From: Leptolyngbyaceae cyanobacterium
GTDB taxonomy: Bacteria; Cyanobacteriota; Cyanobacteriia; Phormidesmidales; Phormidesmidaceae
DNA: 64,000 bases
Assembly: GCA_965263355.1 (NCBI GenBank)
Contig: CBDHHL010000056.1
Span: forward strand, 992,001-1,056,000
Direction: 5' to 3'
The translations under genes and the position numbers were made by a program. The notes beneath the pieces were generated by a model, which did not search any database, was not told the DNA's origin, and was given only the letters and a program-made list of their open reading frames with translations. Shown here in pieces: positions 22,068 through 31,040 of the stretch (positions are counted from its first letter, which is position 1; every line of letters starts with the position of its first letter).

Positions 22068-22310
22068 TTAAGTCTGATCCGCTGACTCTAAAGTCTGTAT
22101 CAGCATGGCACCAACCCCAAAACTGTTGTAAGGGGTCGGCAAATCATAGGCCTTGAAGGGTTCCAAGGGCGAGATATCCTCTGCTGACTCTAGATCCTCT
22201 GCTAAAATTCGGATTAACCTGAGCTTCTCGATAATAGAAAATCGGTGAACGGATGGTAGAACTTCAGATAAAGTAGTACAAATGTTTCTAAGCAGAAAAG
22301 CTATAAGCAA
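22068..22310 (-). CDS. small hypothetical protein, possibly a degraded toxin-antitoxin-associated gene
   Basis: LSEVLPSVHRFSIIEKLRLIRILAEDLE...YDLPTPYNSFG; start uncertain. Confidence 0.45.
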   Translation of the reverse strand: MLIAFLLRNICTTLSEVLPSVHRFSIIEKLRLIRILAEDLESAEDISPLEPFKAYDLPTPYNSFGVGAMLIQTLESADQT

Positions 22311-22393
22311 ACTCTAACCTTTATTTGCCAAAACAATTCGGCTATCGTAAGCAATTCGAAGACCAAAATTTCCTTCAAGGTAGAATCACCTGA

Positions 22394-23083
22394 TCATAAA
22401 GGTATCCAGCTTTTTTCAAGACTATTCTTTAAAGCTTCAGGCAGTCGAAACTGCTTTACATTGCTAATGTGTAGTAAGGCTGGGTCAATCGGAACGGCAG
22501 CATACCAATTGTGATACACACGAAGATGGATGTTGTCCTCGTCGTATGCATCGATAGCTGCTACTGCACTAATTGTAGTATTAATATCAGAGCGCATCGC
22601 ACGTTTACCACCCGACTCTACTTTTCCAAAAACATTTGGTTGCTTAGGATCTCTAGGAACTGCAACTGGTATCTGATCAACACCCTTCATAGCGGTCATT
22701 ACGCAATATTCACTTGTATGGCCTAACCATGGGCCTAAACATGGATCGGGGAAAACGTTATCGAAAACGAATAGCAAAGTTGGTATCTTTCCTTTGGAAA
22801 GCTGTTTCAATTGTGAGTTTGCCTTACGAATTGCTTTCCTAATTCTTTCTCCAGGATTTATGGAAAAAGCAATACCTTCTCCCTGCTGCTGTCTCTTGAT
22901 TATTTCTTGCTCTTCCTCATTGAGATCAAACTGTTTGATCTCAACAATAAAATCTTGTCCAGATAGATTGATTTTGTAATCTGGCCTTCTTGCTAGGGAA
23001 GATTCTTCAATTTTTTCCCATGAAATTTGATTTAAATTGCAGAAAGTTTCAAACAATTTTTCGGACTTAGATTTCTGACTCAT
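22394..23083 (-). CDS. hypothetical protein with a PD-(D/E)xK-like motif
   Basis: RRPDYKI...IVEIKQ; AT-rich, cassette-like context. Confidence 0.7.
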   Translation of the reverse strand: MSQKSKSEKLFETFCNLNQISWEKIEESSLARRPDYKINLSGQDFIVEIKQFDLNEEEQEIIKRQQQGEGIAFSINPGERIRKAIRKANSQLKQLSKGKIPTLLFVFDNVFPDPCLGPWLGHTSEYCVMTAMKGVDQIPVAVPRDPKQPNVFGKVESGGKRAMRSDINTTISAVAAIDAYDEDNIHLRVYHNWYAAVPIDPALLHISNVKQFRLPEALKNSLEKSWIPL

Positions 23084-23670
23084 CTGACTTACATAAGGTC
23101 ATCTTCTTGAATTTTCTAACCAGGAACAATACACCTTAATTTTTTATACTCAAAGGCATATACAGATTTTCTTAGGTCGGTCTAACTCTTGATTAGATCT
23201 ACTCTTTCAGTCTATCTCCCCTTATTGGCATACTATACTGCACACTTGCAGTCTATCCACCCAAATTGGCGTACTATACTGCGAGGTGTCTATATAGCCC
23301 CCTATATTAGACGGATATATGGAAAATTTCAGTATAGTTACCCTTTGAACAGGTTAATGCGTAGCATCGTAACATTCAGGACAATTAGCTCTGATCAGAA
23401 ACTACTGCTTAAACCAATAACCCTGATGGGTGCGCCAAGCATTTAGGCAAAGAACTGGATAACTTGTAATTCAATGTCAGAACTGCTGAATAAGATCCAC
23501 TCTTCCGGGTGTTATTCAGCATTTTTGCGAAATAACATCCCTATTCATAAAACCTATACTTGATGTCTACTGTATAACCCCAAGAATCTATGGTGTTATC
23601 CATTACTTTCGACAGATAAGCATCCCTAAAAGGGAGTTATACAGCATTTATATGACACCACTTGCTAGCT

Positions 23671-24891
23671 CTAATCCGCAGGTAGCTCAACTGTAAAACA
23701 ACTGCCCTGCCCAAGCTGGCTGGTTACCTTAATCTCACCCCCATGGCTGTGGGCAATACTCTGGGCGATAGCCAAGCCTAACCCTGCGCCGTCGCTTTTG
23801 TAAGCCCGAGCCTGATCGGCTTGCCAGAAGCGTTCAAAAATATGGTCTAAATGGTCAGGGGAAATGCCAATGCCGGTATCTTTTACACTAATAATGAGTT
23901 TAGGAGATATATGTTTAGCCGTTATTTTAACCGTGCCTCCTTCAGGGGTATAGCGTAGGGCATTGTCGATTAAATTAGTAATCAGACGAGTGATCTGGAC
24001 CTGGTTGCCAATGGTCAGTAGCCTGGTTGCAAATTGGGCCTGTAGACGAATCTGTTTAGCATTTGCCTGAGGCAGATATAGGGTATGGAGCTGTTCCAGG
24101 ACGGGGGTGAGATCAATTGAGGTGTGTTCGACAACCATTTTCTGATCTAACCTTGTCAGTATTAATAAGTCTTCGGTAAGGGCCTTCATTTGCATAGAGG
24201 CACTTTTGATTGCTTGAAATTTTTCTGCATCTGAAGGGCGCATATTGTCTGGATATTTGAGCGCCACAGTGGCATTGGTCTGGATTGCCATGAGCGGGCT
24301 ACGCAGTTCATGGGAGGCATCAGATGTGAATCGCTGCAACCGCTGAAAACTGTTTTCAATGGGATGCATGGCCTGATGTGTGAGCCATAGACCACCCAAG
24401 GTACTAAGCATAAGGGCTGCGATAATACCGCTCCCTAAGCCTATATCCAGGGTTCGTAATGTATTATTGTTAGCAAGGGTAGACTCGCTTACTCGGGTGT
24501 AGCCAAGAAATACGCCTTTGTTCTCATCAGTGACAGGAATCGTTAAGGCCTTTACTGGATGAGGATGCTGTTGGATTTGAAGCGAGGTTTCTAGCTTTAA
24601 AGGGAGTGTGGTGACATACTGCCCCTGGCTTTCTAAAAGGGTACCGTCTTCATCAAACCATTGTACAGCTTGATTTTCGTTGGTAATATTTTCGAGATCA
24701 ACGCTGAGGGTGCCACCGTCAAGTTCCAGTTCAAGGGCGGCTGAGCGGGCTAAGGTGGCTAATCGATTATTGAGTTGCTGGTTAAGGCTATAGGCAAATG
24801 TGGTGCGGACTGCGATCGCAAACACCCCTAACACTACAGTCAATACCACCAGATAAGACAACAACAGTCGAGTTTGAATTTGCTTGAACAC
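23671..24891 (-). CDS. two-component sensor histidine kinase
   Basis: Two TM segments, H-box DASHELRSPL, N box NLIDNALRYT, G boxes DTGIGI and GAGLGLAI. Confidence 0.95.
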   Translation of the reverse strand: MFKQIQTRLLLSYLVVLTVVLGVFAIAVRTTFAYSLNQQLNNRLATLARSAALELELDGGTLSVDLENITNENQAVQWFDEDGTLLESQGQYVTTLPLKLETSLQIQQHPHPVKALTIPVTDENKGVFLGYTRVSESTLANNNTLRTLDIGLGSGIIAALMLSTLGGLWLTHQAMHPIENSFQRLQRFTSDASHELRSPLMAIQTNATVALKYPDNMRPSDAEKFQAIKSASMQMKALTEDLLILTRLDQKMVVEHTSIDLTPVLEQLHTLYLPQANAKQIRLQAQFATRLLTIGNQVQITRLITNLIDNALRYTPEGGTVKITAKHISPKLIISVKDTGIGISPDHLDHIFERFWQADQARAYKSDGAGLGLAIAQSIAHSHGGEIKVTSQLGQGSCFTVELPAD

Positions 24892-24983
24892 CGCGTTAAA
24901 TTCCTGTTGCCCCTTGAAACCATTATGGCATTACCCATTAGTCGTCCACCATGGTATACATTGCGTAATTCTTACACAGTTAA

Positions 24984-26237
24984 CTAAAATTCAAAAGCTG
25001 TTCTTACGGTAAAGAGAACAATATCATCGTTATCATTATTGTGGTCAGGGGCCGTGAGCCAGACAAAGCCAGGAGTTATTGAGAGATAGTCATTTAACTG
25101 ATGCGTGTAGAATGCCTCAATGTGAAAGGACGTATCGGGATCACGCTGCCGGTCATCAATAGAAAACCCACTAGTGTCCATTAATTTAGGCTCTTGACCA
25201 AGAATAATGCCCAACAGATTATCCTCTCCTCCCAAGTCTGGAAATGCCAGGGTTAAGGCATAGTTCAAAAGATAAGCGTTGCCCTCGTCAATCACCCTGG
25301 CGTTGGTATAGCCTACCCACCCGCCGATAGCTAGCCACTCATTGGGGGACCAGTTCCCTGCCAAACCATAGGAATTACCAATGACGGGTTGTTCTAAATC
25401 AAGCTGCGACCGAAAACTGCCGGTATCTGTTTCTAGACTACTATCGTTGTTGGTATACACATAGGTGAAACCCAAAAGTAGCTCATCGCTTGGTTCATAG
25501 CCAACCTGGATAAAGGCACTGTTGTTGCGGTCAAACAAACCTGTCGATGCGTCGCTAGCACTGTCAGCAAAGTAACCTATGCCAATATCTAAACCCTCTA
25601 TGGGCTCATAGTTTATCTGGATGCCCACATCTTCCACCAGGCTATGGATAGGGTTTTCGCTGCCGAACTCAGAAATTGCCCCAGTGAGATCATCTTCTAA
25701 AAGGGGATTGAAGTCATCGAGATCGTCACCTGTGGTTGAGAGATATACAGTCCCATCATCACCAATGGGAAACTCATAGGACAGTTCGCTCATCTCGACA
25801 TTGTCATCCGTATCGGTTAGAAAGCTAAGCTGTCCTTCGGCTGTAATCTCATCATTAAAGCTAAATTCTCCGGCGTTACCCGCTTCAATGCCAATTTCTA
25901 ACTGGTCTTCTCCTGTAAAGGTGACACCCAGGATAAGTTCAATACTGCGGTCAAATCTGCTGCTGTCGCTAATATCATTACCGGCAACATCACTGATACC
26001 GAAGATGGCCTCTCCCGATAGGGTAATTACAGGAGATACCTGTTCTTCTTCTAGGTTAGAGATGCGATTTTCCAAATCATCGACCTGTGTTTCTATCGCT
26101 GCTTGTTCCTTTAGCAGTTCTTCAAGCTCGGAGACAAGAGAAAATGGGATATCAGAGTCCTGATCAATCAGACTTTGGGCGATAATTGGCTGTACTTCAA
26201 TCGGGTGTAAAGGGGCAAGATATTCGATGAAAAGCAT
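24984..26237 (-). CDS. cyanobacterial outer-membrane porin (carbohydrate/iron-uptake porin family), no SLH domain seen
   Basis: Coiled coil then LSGEAIFG, LAFPDLGGEDNLLGIILGQEP and HIEAFY...ITPG, terminal F. Confidence 0.8.
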   Translation of the reverse strand: MLFIEYLAPLHPIEVQPIIAQSLIDQDSDIPFSLVSELEELLKEQAAIETQVDDLENRISNLEEEQVSPVITLSGEAIFGISDVAGNDISDSSRFDRSIELILGVTFTGEDQLEIGIEAGNAGEFSFNDEITAEGQLSFLTDTDDNVEMSELSYEFPIGDDGTVYLSTTGDDLDDFNPLLEDDLTGAISEFGSENPIHSLVEDVGIQINYEPIEGLDIGIGYFADSASDASTGLFDRNNSAFIQVGYEPSDELLLGFTYVYTNNDSSLETDTGSFRSQLDLEQPVIGNSYGLAGNWSPNEWLAIGGWVGYTNARVIDEGNAYLLNYALTLAFPDLGGEDNLLGIILGQEPKLMDTSGFSIDDRQRDPDTSFHIEAFYTHQLNDYLSITPGFVWLTAPDHNNDNDDIVLFTVRTAFEF

Positions 26238-26247
26238 AAATTGTCTC

Positions 26248-26928
26248 TTAATGGTTTAGCCTGTTGAGGCGATAGCCGACGCCATAAACGGTTTCTATAT
26301 ACGGATGCTTGCTGCCAGCACTTTTGAATTTTTGGCGGAGGTTGTTGATATGGGTGCGGATGGTCCCTTCTCCAGAGTCGCGATCGCACTCCCAAAGCTT
26401 GTCTAATAACATGGCTCGGGTAAACACCTGCCCTGGATGTTGCATCAGATGCTCCAGAATTAAATACTCTTTGGGCGTCAGCTCTAGAGTTTTGCCTGCA
26501 TAGCTCACCAGATGGGTGCCTGGATCTAGCTGCAGCTGGCCCTGCTGTAAAACAAGAGCCTGAATCTGAGTAGGGCGACGCGATAAAGCCCGAATACGCG
26601 CAGCTAGCTCATCCACCTCAAAGGGTTTGACCATATAGTCATCGGCCCCAGCATCCAGACCGATAATTTTATCGGTGGTGGTGTCCTTAGCAGTTAGCAT
26701 GAGCACAAAGCCGCTAAAGCCAGATGTACGCAACTTTTTGCATAGACTAATGCCATCCAGGCGAGGCAGCATTAAATCCAGCAGAATCAGGTCATAATCA
26801 ATACTCTGGGCATAGTCCCAACCATCTACGCCATCAGCAGCCATATCGACAACATGCTGTTGGTACTTGAGATCTTCCGCTAGCGGCTTAGCGATACGGT
26901 CATCATCTTCGACTAATAGGATTCTCAC
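26248..26928 (-). CDS. OmpR-family response regulator
   Basis: ILLVEDD, LILLDLMLP, GADDYMVKPF and IETVYGVGYRL. Confidence 0.96.
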   Translation of the reverse strand: MRILLVEDDDRIAKPLAEDLKYQQHVVDMAADGVDGWDYAQSIDYDLILLDLMLPRLDGISLCKKLRTSGFSGFVLMLTAKDTTTDKIIGLDAGADDYMVKPFEVDELAARIRALSRRPTQIQALVLQQGQLQLDPGTHLVSYAGKTLELTPKEYLILEHLMQHPGQVFTRAMLLDKLWECDRDSGEGTIRTHINNLRQKFKSAGSKHPYIETVYGVGYRLNRLNH

Positions 26929-27247
26929 CCATCTATTCTCCCAAGAGTCCAGTTGACTTCATTCATATGCCACAGCTATACAGTACTCCTAAAAGATCAA
27001 GAACTTGATAAGTTTTTGATCTTGAAACGATATAACTCAAAAAGAGCAATGCTGGAATCTTAAGATTTCTCAATTAGATTTGAAAGACGTCCTTAATCAA
27101 TAGATCTAATAGTGTATTGACTGTTAAATTTTAGCATCAGGGCTCTCGATAACAGAGTTACATCCTTCTTTCAAAGATAAAACGAATGCCGATTATGTAC
27201 CTTAATGACTACAATGACGTCTAAGTTCTGTAGGACGCCTAGACGCT

Positions 27248-27607
27248 ATGAATAAGCATGAAAAAATAAACTACATTGAATTGCCTGCTCATGATATTCC
27301 GGCGACAAAGGCGTTTTTTACCCAGGTCTTTGGTTGGTCTTTTGAGGATTTTGGTTCTGAGTACACGGCATTTACCGACCAGGGGTTAGACGGTGGCTTC
27401 TTTAAATCTTACCTGGCATCATCTACTAAAAACGGTGGAGCGCTGATTGTTTTTTACAGTCAGGAGCTGGAGGCGACACAGGCTAAGATTGAAGCAGCAG
27501 GCGGTGTCATTGTTGAAACTATATTCTCGTTTCCAGGGGGTCAGCGGTTTCATTTTACTGAGCCTAGTGGTAATGAGTTTGCTGTCTGGTCAGATCTGGG
27601 TAAATGA
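27248..27607 (+). CDS. VOC/glyoxalase family protein
   Basis: INYIELPA and FPGGQRFHFTEPSGNEFAVWS. Confidence 0.9.
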   Translation: MNKHEKINYIELPAHDIPATKAFFTQVFGWSFEDFGSEYTAFTDQGLDGGFFKSYLASSTKNGGALIVFYSQELEATQAKIEAAGGVIVETIFSFPGGQRFHFTEPSGNEFAVWSDLGK

Positions 27608-28500
27608 AAATAAGGTTAGGATATTTCTTGAGTAGACGATGGATTATCTTTGCTTGCCTGCTTGCCCTTGAAAGTTGTGGCAGTGATCTTGCACCTGCAG
27701 ACTCAACAAATCTCATTCGTCATAATTTCTTGGTAGAGGATCAGCATTTTTCTGTTTTACTGCCAGCTAATATACAGCCAATGTCGTCCAGGTCCGAGAG
27801 GGCTGAAGTTGTTTTTTCAGATAATGAGAGGCAGCGTGTGATTCAATACATCAGGTTTTTACCATCAGATGCCTCCACAAATGCTGATTATTCCAAGGTT
27901 ATATCATTGGAGAGTAGCGCTGTTTTAGGATATAAAATTTCTCAACCAAAGGAAATTGGTTCTGGGGGGCCTGAGGTTGTTTTAATGGGGGAGCTAGACT
28001 TTGGTAATGCTCAAATCAAAGTGGAGTGCCATACTCAGCATGAATGGGAGCCTAAGGGACAATGGTGCATACCGTTTTTACATCATGTGCTCAATCAGCA
28101 GGCCGACTCTTCTGTAGTAGTGGAAACAGCCACGCCACCTTTAATTGAGGCGACACTGGCAGGAAATAGCGAGGTGGTGAGCAGGCTGCTTGAGCAAGGC
28201 ACCGATCCAAATCTGGTCTACAACACCAATACTGCCCTCACCTATGCAGCTCGTGATGGCTTTACAGACATCGCTCGTCTACTTATTGACCATGGTGCCA
28301 ATGTTAACTGGATCGATGGAGAAGGCGTTACACCATTAATTCTGGCATCGTTCAAAGACCACATTGAGTTAGTTGAACTCTTGCTAGCCCATGGTGCTGA
28401 CACAACTATTAGAGATCAATGGAATCGAACAGCGCTGGACTATGCCCTACGTCGTGGACCAGCAGACCCCATTGTTCAGTTATTAAGAGAAAGACCATGA
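27604..28500 (+). CDS. lipoprotein with C-terminal ankyrin repeats
   Basis: Lipobox LESC; TALTYAARDG, TPLILASFKDH and TALDYA ankyrin repeats. Confidence 0.8.
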   Translation: MKIRLGYFLSRRWIIFACLLALESCGSDLAPADSTNLIRHNFLVEDQHFSVLLPANIQPMSSRSERAEVVFSDNERQRVIQYIRFLPSDASTNADYSKVISLESSAVLGYKISQPKEIGSGGPEVVLMGELDFGNAQIKVECHTQHEWEPKGQWCIPFLHHVLNQQADSSVVVETATPPLIEATLAGNSEVVSRLLEQGTDPNLVYNTNTALTYAARDGFTDIARLLIDHGANVNWIDGEGVTPLILASFKDHIELVELLLAHGADTTIRDQWNRTALDYALRRGPADPIVQLLRERP

Positions 28501-28642
28501 TAAATTTTTCTCAAGCATAACGGATTCCACTTTTAATGCTGCTTTACTTACAAAATACTGGTTACGGGAACCAATGAACAAGGGTAACAATCAGCCGCCT
28601 TTAGCCTAAAATTAAGGTATTACCACCGGCTGATAAATTGCA

Positions 28643-29431
28643 ATGAGTCAGGCTCAAGACTCCCCTTCTTGGGAACTTTTCTTACATCTTTCGCTCTTGT
28701 TAGCGTGGGTTATCCCCATTCCCTTTATAGATATTCTATTGCCAATTCTTATTTGGCAAATTGCTAAACGGCGATATCCTCAGGTCGAGCCCCATGGCCA
28801 GAATGTTCTCAACTGGTTGATTTCGTCAACGCTCTATAGCGTTATTCTCTTGCTCACGTTAGTCGGCACTGTTTTACTGCCCATATTGTGGGGAATGCGG
28901 CTTGTATTTCCTATTATTGCAGCGATTCAGGCCAGTAAAGGTAACGTGTGGCGGTACCCTCTTACTATTGACGTCCTGGGTGCTAAACCAGAGAAGCAGT
29001 TGCAAAGAGCTGCCGTTGGCTTCCTGTCATTGGTTGTGATGCCGTTGGCGGCTTTTGTCGGTTCTTATATTTGGCGAAATAATCGTAGCAATTGGCTGGC
29101 CAGCCTATCACCAGCCACTGGTACGGTGACCCAAGTGATGGAAAAAACGGATGAATATGGCGACACGCTTTATCAACCCGTGATTAAATTCGAGGGGCCT
29201 CAAAAAGAGTCTTATAAGGTTCCTTCAACTAGTTGGTCCAGCTACCTATCCTATAAAAAAGGAGATTCTGTTGATGTGCTTTATTTGCCATCTGATCCAA
29301 GTGATGCTGTTGTGGATGAATGGTTTGCCAAATGGGGATTTGTCACCATAGTCTTGATACTCAGCACAATTGTTTTAGGCTTCTCTTTTATCCCTAGTCT
29401 CTTTTGTTTGGTGGTTTCACGCTTTATGTAG
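28643..29431 (+). CDS. membrane protein (DUF4870-like N-terminus plus DUF3592-like C-terminus)
   Basis: LHLSLL...GQNVLNWLIS...ASKGNVWRYPLTI; ATGTV...GDSVDVLYLPSDP. Confidence 0.65.
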   Translation: MSQAQDSPSWELFLHLSLLLAWVIPIPFIDILLPILIWQIAKRRYPQVEPHGQNVLNWLISSTLYSVILLLTLVGTVLLPILWGMRLVFPIIAAIQASKGNVWRYPLTIDVLGAKPEKQLQRAAVGFLSLVVMPLAAFVGSYIWRNNRSNWLASLSPATGTVTQVMEKTDEYGDTLYQPVIKFEGPQKESYKVPSTSWSSYLSYKKGDSVDVLYLPSDPSDAVVDEWFAKWGFVTIVLILSTIVLGFSFIPSLFCLVVSRFM

Positions 29432-29533
29432 AAAGGACGCGTAGGGTGATCAGGGAGGAATGCGTCAGTGCTAAGTGGTAAAATTGAACGCTGCTCACCA
29501 GGTAATGGGCCGACAGAGCATTGCTCACCGGGC

Positions 29534-30298
29534 TTAAACCAGATTAAACCGCTGCAGTTTTGCATCCAGCATTTTAGGCAGTGCCTTTTGCAGTACAGAT
29601 TTACTGGTAAACTCCAGTTTATGCTGGGCAGCGATGTCAAATGGAAACTGCCCAGGCAAGTCGTCCCGTTCCATTTGGGCCACAATCAATTGCTCAGGGC
29701 GCTTTTGACATAGGGCATACCCCAATTCCACGCAGACCGCTGGGTTAGGCAGAAGCAGGGGTAAATCGCTCTCGACTTCTACAATCGGTGTGGCGTCGGC
29801 AATAAATAGCAGGCTACGACGAATGTGGCGCATCAGATTGCTGTTGAGTCTAACGGGGCCATTACTAAGCCGATGGGATTCAACTAGCTGGATGGGGATA
29901 CGGGAACGGCGGTTAAACTTTTCGATGTAAGTTTCCAGGGCATCGTGCAGCAGATCGCTGGATTCGGAATATTCCTCCTGGTAGCAAAGGAATATGGTGG
30001 GATCAAGATTGGCGAGGGAGTCGGCCTTAGCAAAGTAGATTTCGTGGCTGATCAGATCGATGTTTGCGATCGCATACGTCCCACTCCCCTCCACATAGAA
30101 CTCCACCCCATCGCCTTCTAGATAACGCTGAAACCACTCTGCCTCACGGACCTCGTCAATATCATCCAAAAAGTCAGCCCGTAGCGCCGATTTGAGCAAG
30201 CTATTTTTAGCTAGCCGCAGATCGTGGGGCCGATTTTCCAGATCTCGAATTGGCTCATAATCCTGGAGATACCAAGCCTTCAGTGCAATAATCGCCAT
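29534..30298 (-). CDS. conserved cyanobacterial hypothetical protein
   Basis: 254 aa ORF; FIADATP and VCVELGYAL motifs suggest a TIR/deoxyribosyltransferase-like C-terminal fold. Confidence 0.75.
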   Translation of the reverse strand: MAIIALKAWYLQDYEPIRDLENRPHDLRLAKNSLLKSALRADFLDDIDEVREAEWFQRYLEGDGVEFYVEGSGTYAIANIDLISHEIYFAKADSLANLDPTIFLCYQEEYSESSDLLHDALETYIEKFNRRSRIPIQLVESHRLSNGPVRLNSNLMRHIRRSLLFIADATPIVEVESDLPLLLPNPAVCVELGYALCQKRPEQLIVAQMERDDLPGQFPFDIAAQHKLEFTSKSVLQKALPKMLDAKLQRFNLV

Positions 30299-30562
30299 AT
30301 ATAAATACCTCGGCTTAAAATTTTAAATACATAGTTAGTAGTTCAGGTTCGAAATAGTACGCTTTTAGTACAACCAATTCTGTAAGCATACCTCTTAGAT
30401 TATTTGAAATTACCCTTCCTAAGGATCTACTTAGAAATTTGTGTAAAAAATTGCTTACGTTAGCTAAATCAAGTTAGCTGCCATTACCTTTCAGCAATCT
30501 AGATTTTTTTGAATTTTAGTTGAGTTAGCGGGCAAATTGTCTCATATGAGAAAACTGATTCG

Positions 30563-30667
30563 GAGCTTTATTCGCTTTATGGTGTGCAAGAATACTGGGT
30601 TGCAAGCTAGCAGTTGCAAACAATGGAAGTCTATCGTCGTAAAGAGGGGCAATTAGAGCTTATCGGC
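30563..30667 (+). pseudogene. Uma2 endonuclease C-terminal remnant
   Basis: Translates ELYSLYGVQEYWVAS*QLQTMEVYRRKEGQLELIG with an internal stop; resembles the Uma2 at 12457. Confidence 0.7.
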
Positions 30668-30680
30668 TCGAAGCCCGGAC

Positions 30681-31031
30681 TTATTCATCCTCACCAAAGT
30701 CAATCGTCTCAATCATTGCTGGAGGCGGCTGCCAACGATACTTACCCAAATTAATCTTGTTACCATCAAACTCTATCCCTTCTTCTTCTAACAATACTCT
30801 CTGCAGATCGTCTGACCCATCTCGAAAGGCAGATGTCGAGATCTCCCCCTTGGCGTTGATCACTCGCTGCCAGGGAATGTTGTCGTCAGGTGCTACTTTG
30901 TAGAGGGCATAGCCGACTACACGGGGCTTGCCAATCAGGCCAGCCAGCTCAGCTACCTGGCCGTAGGTGGCAACTTTACCCACGGGAATTTGGCGAACAA
31001 CGGCATAGATACGGTCATAGCTGTTGGCCAT
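30681..31031 (-). CDS. MGMT-family alkyltransferase-like (ATL) protein
   Basis: IPVGKVATYGQVA, RVVG and IPWQRVIN (Trp instead of the catalytic Cys). Confidence 0.9.
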   Translation of the reverse strand: MANSYDRIYAVVRQIPVGKVATYGQVAELAGLIGKPRVVGYALYKVAPDDNIPWQRVINAKGEISTSAFRDGSDDLQRVLLEEEGIEFDGNKINLGKYRWQPPPAMIETIDFGEDE

Positions 31032-31040
31032 AATTTACCC

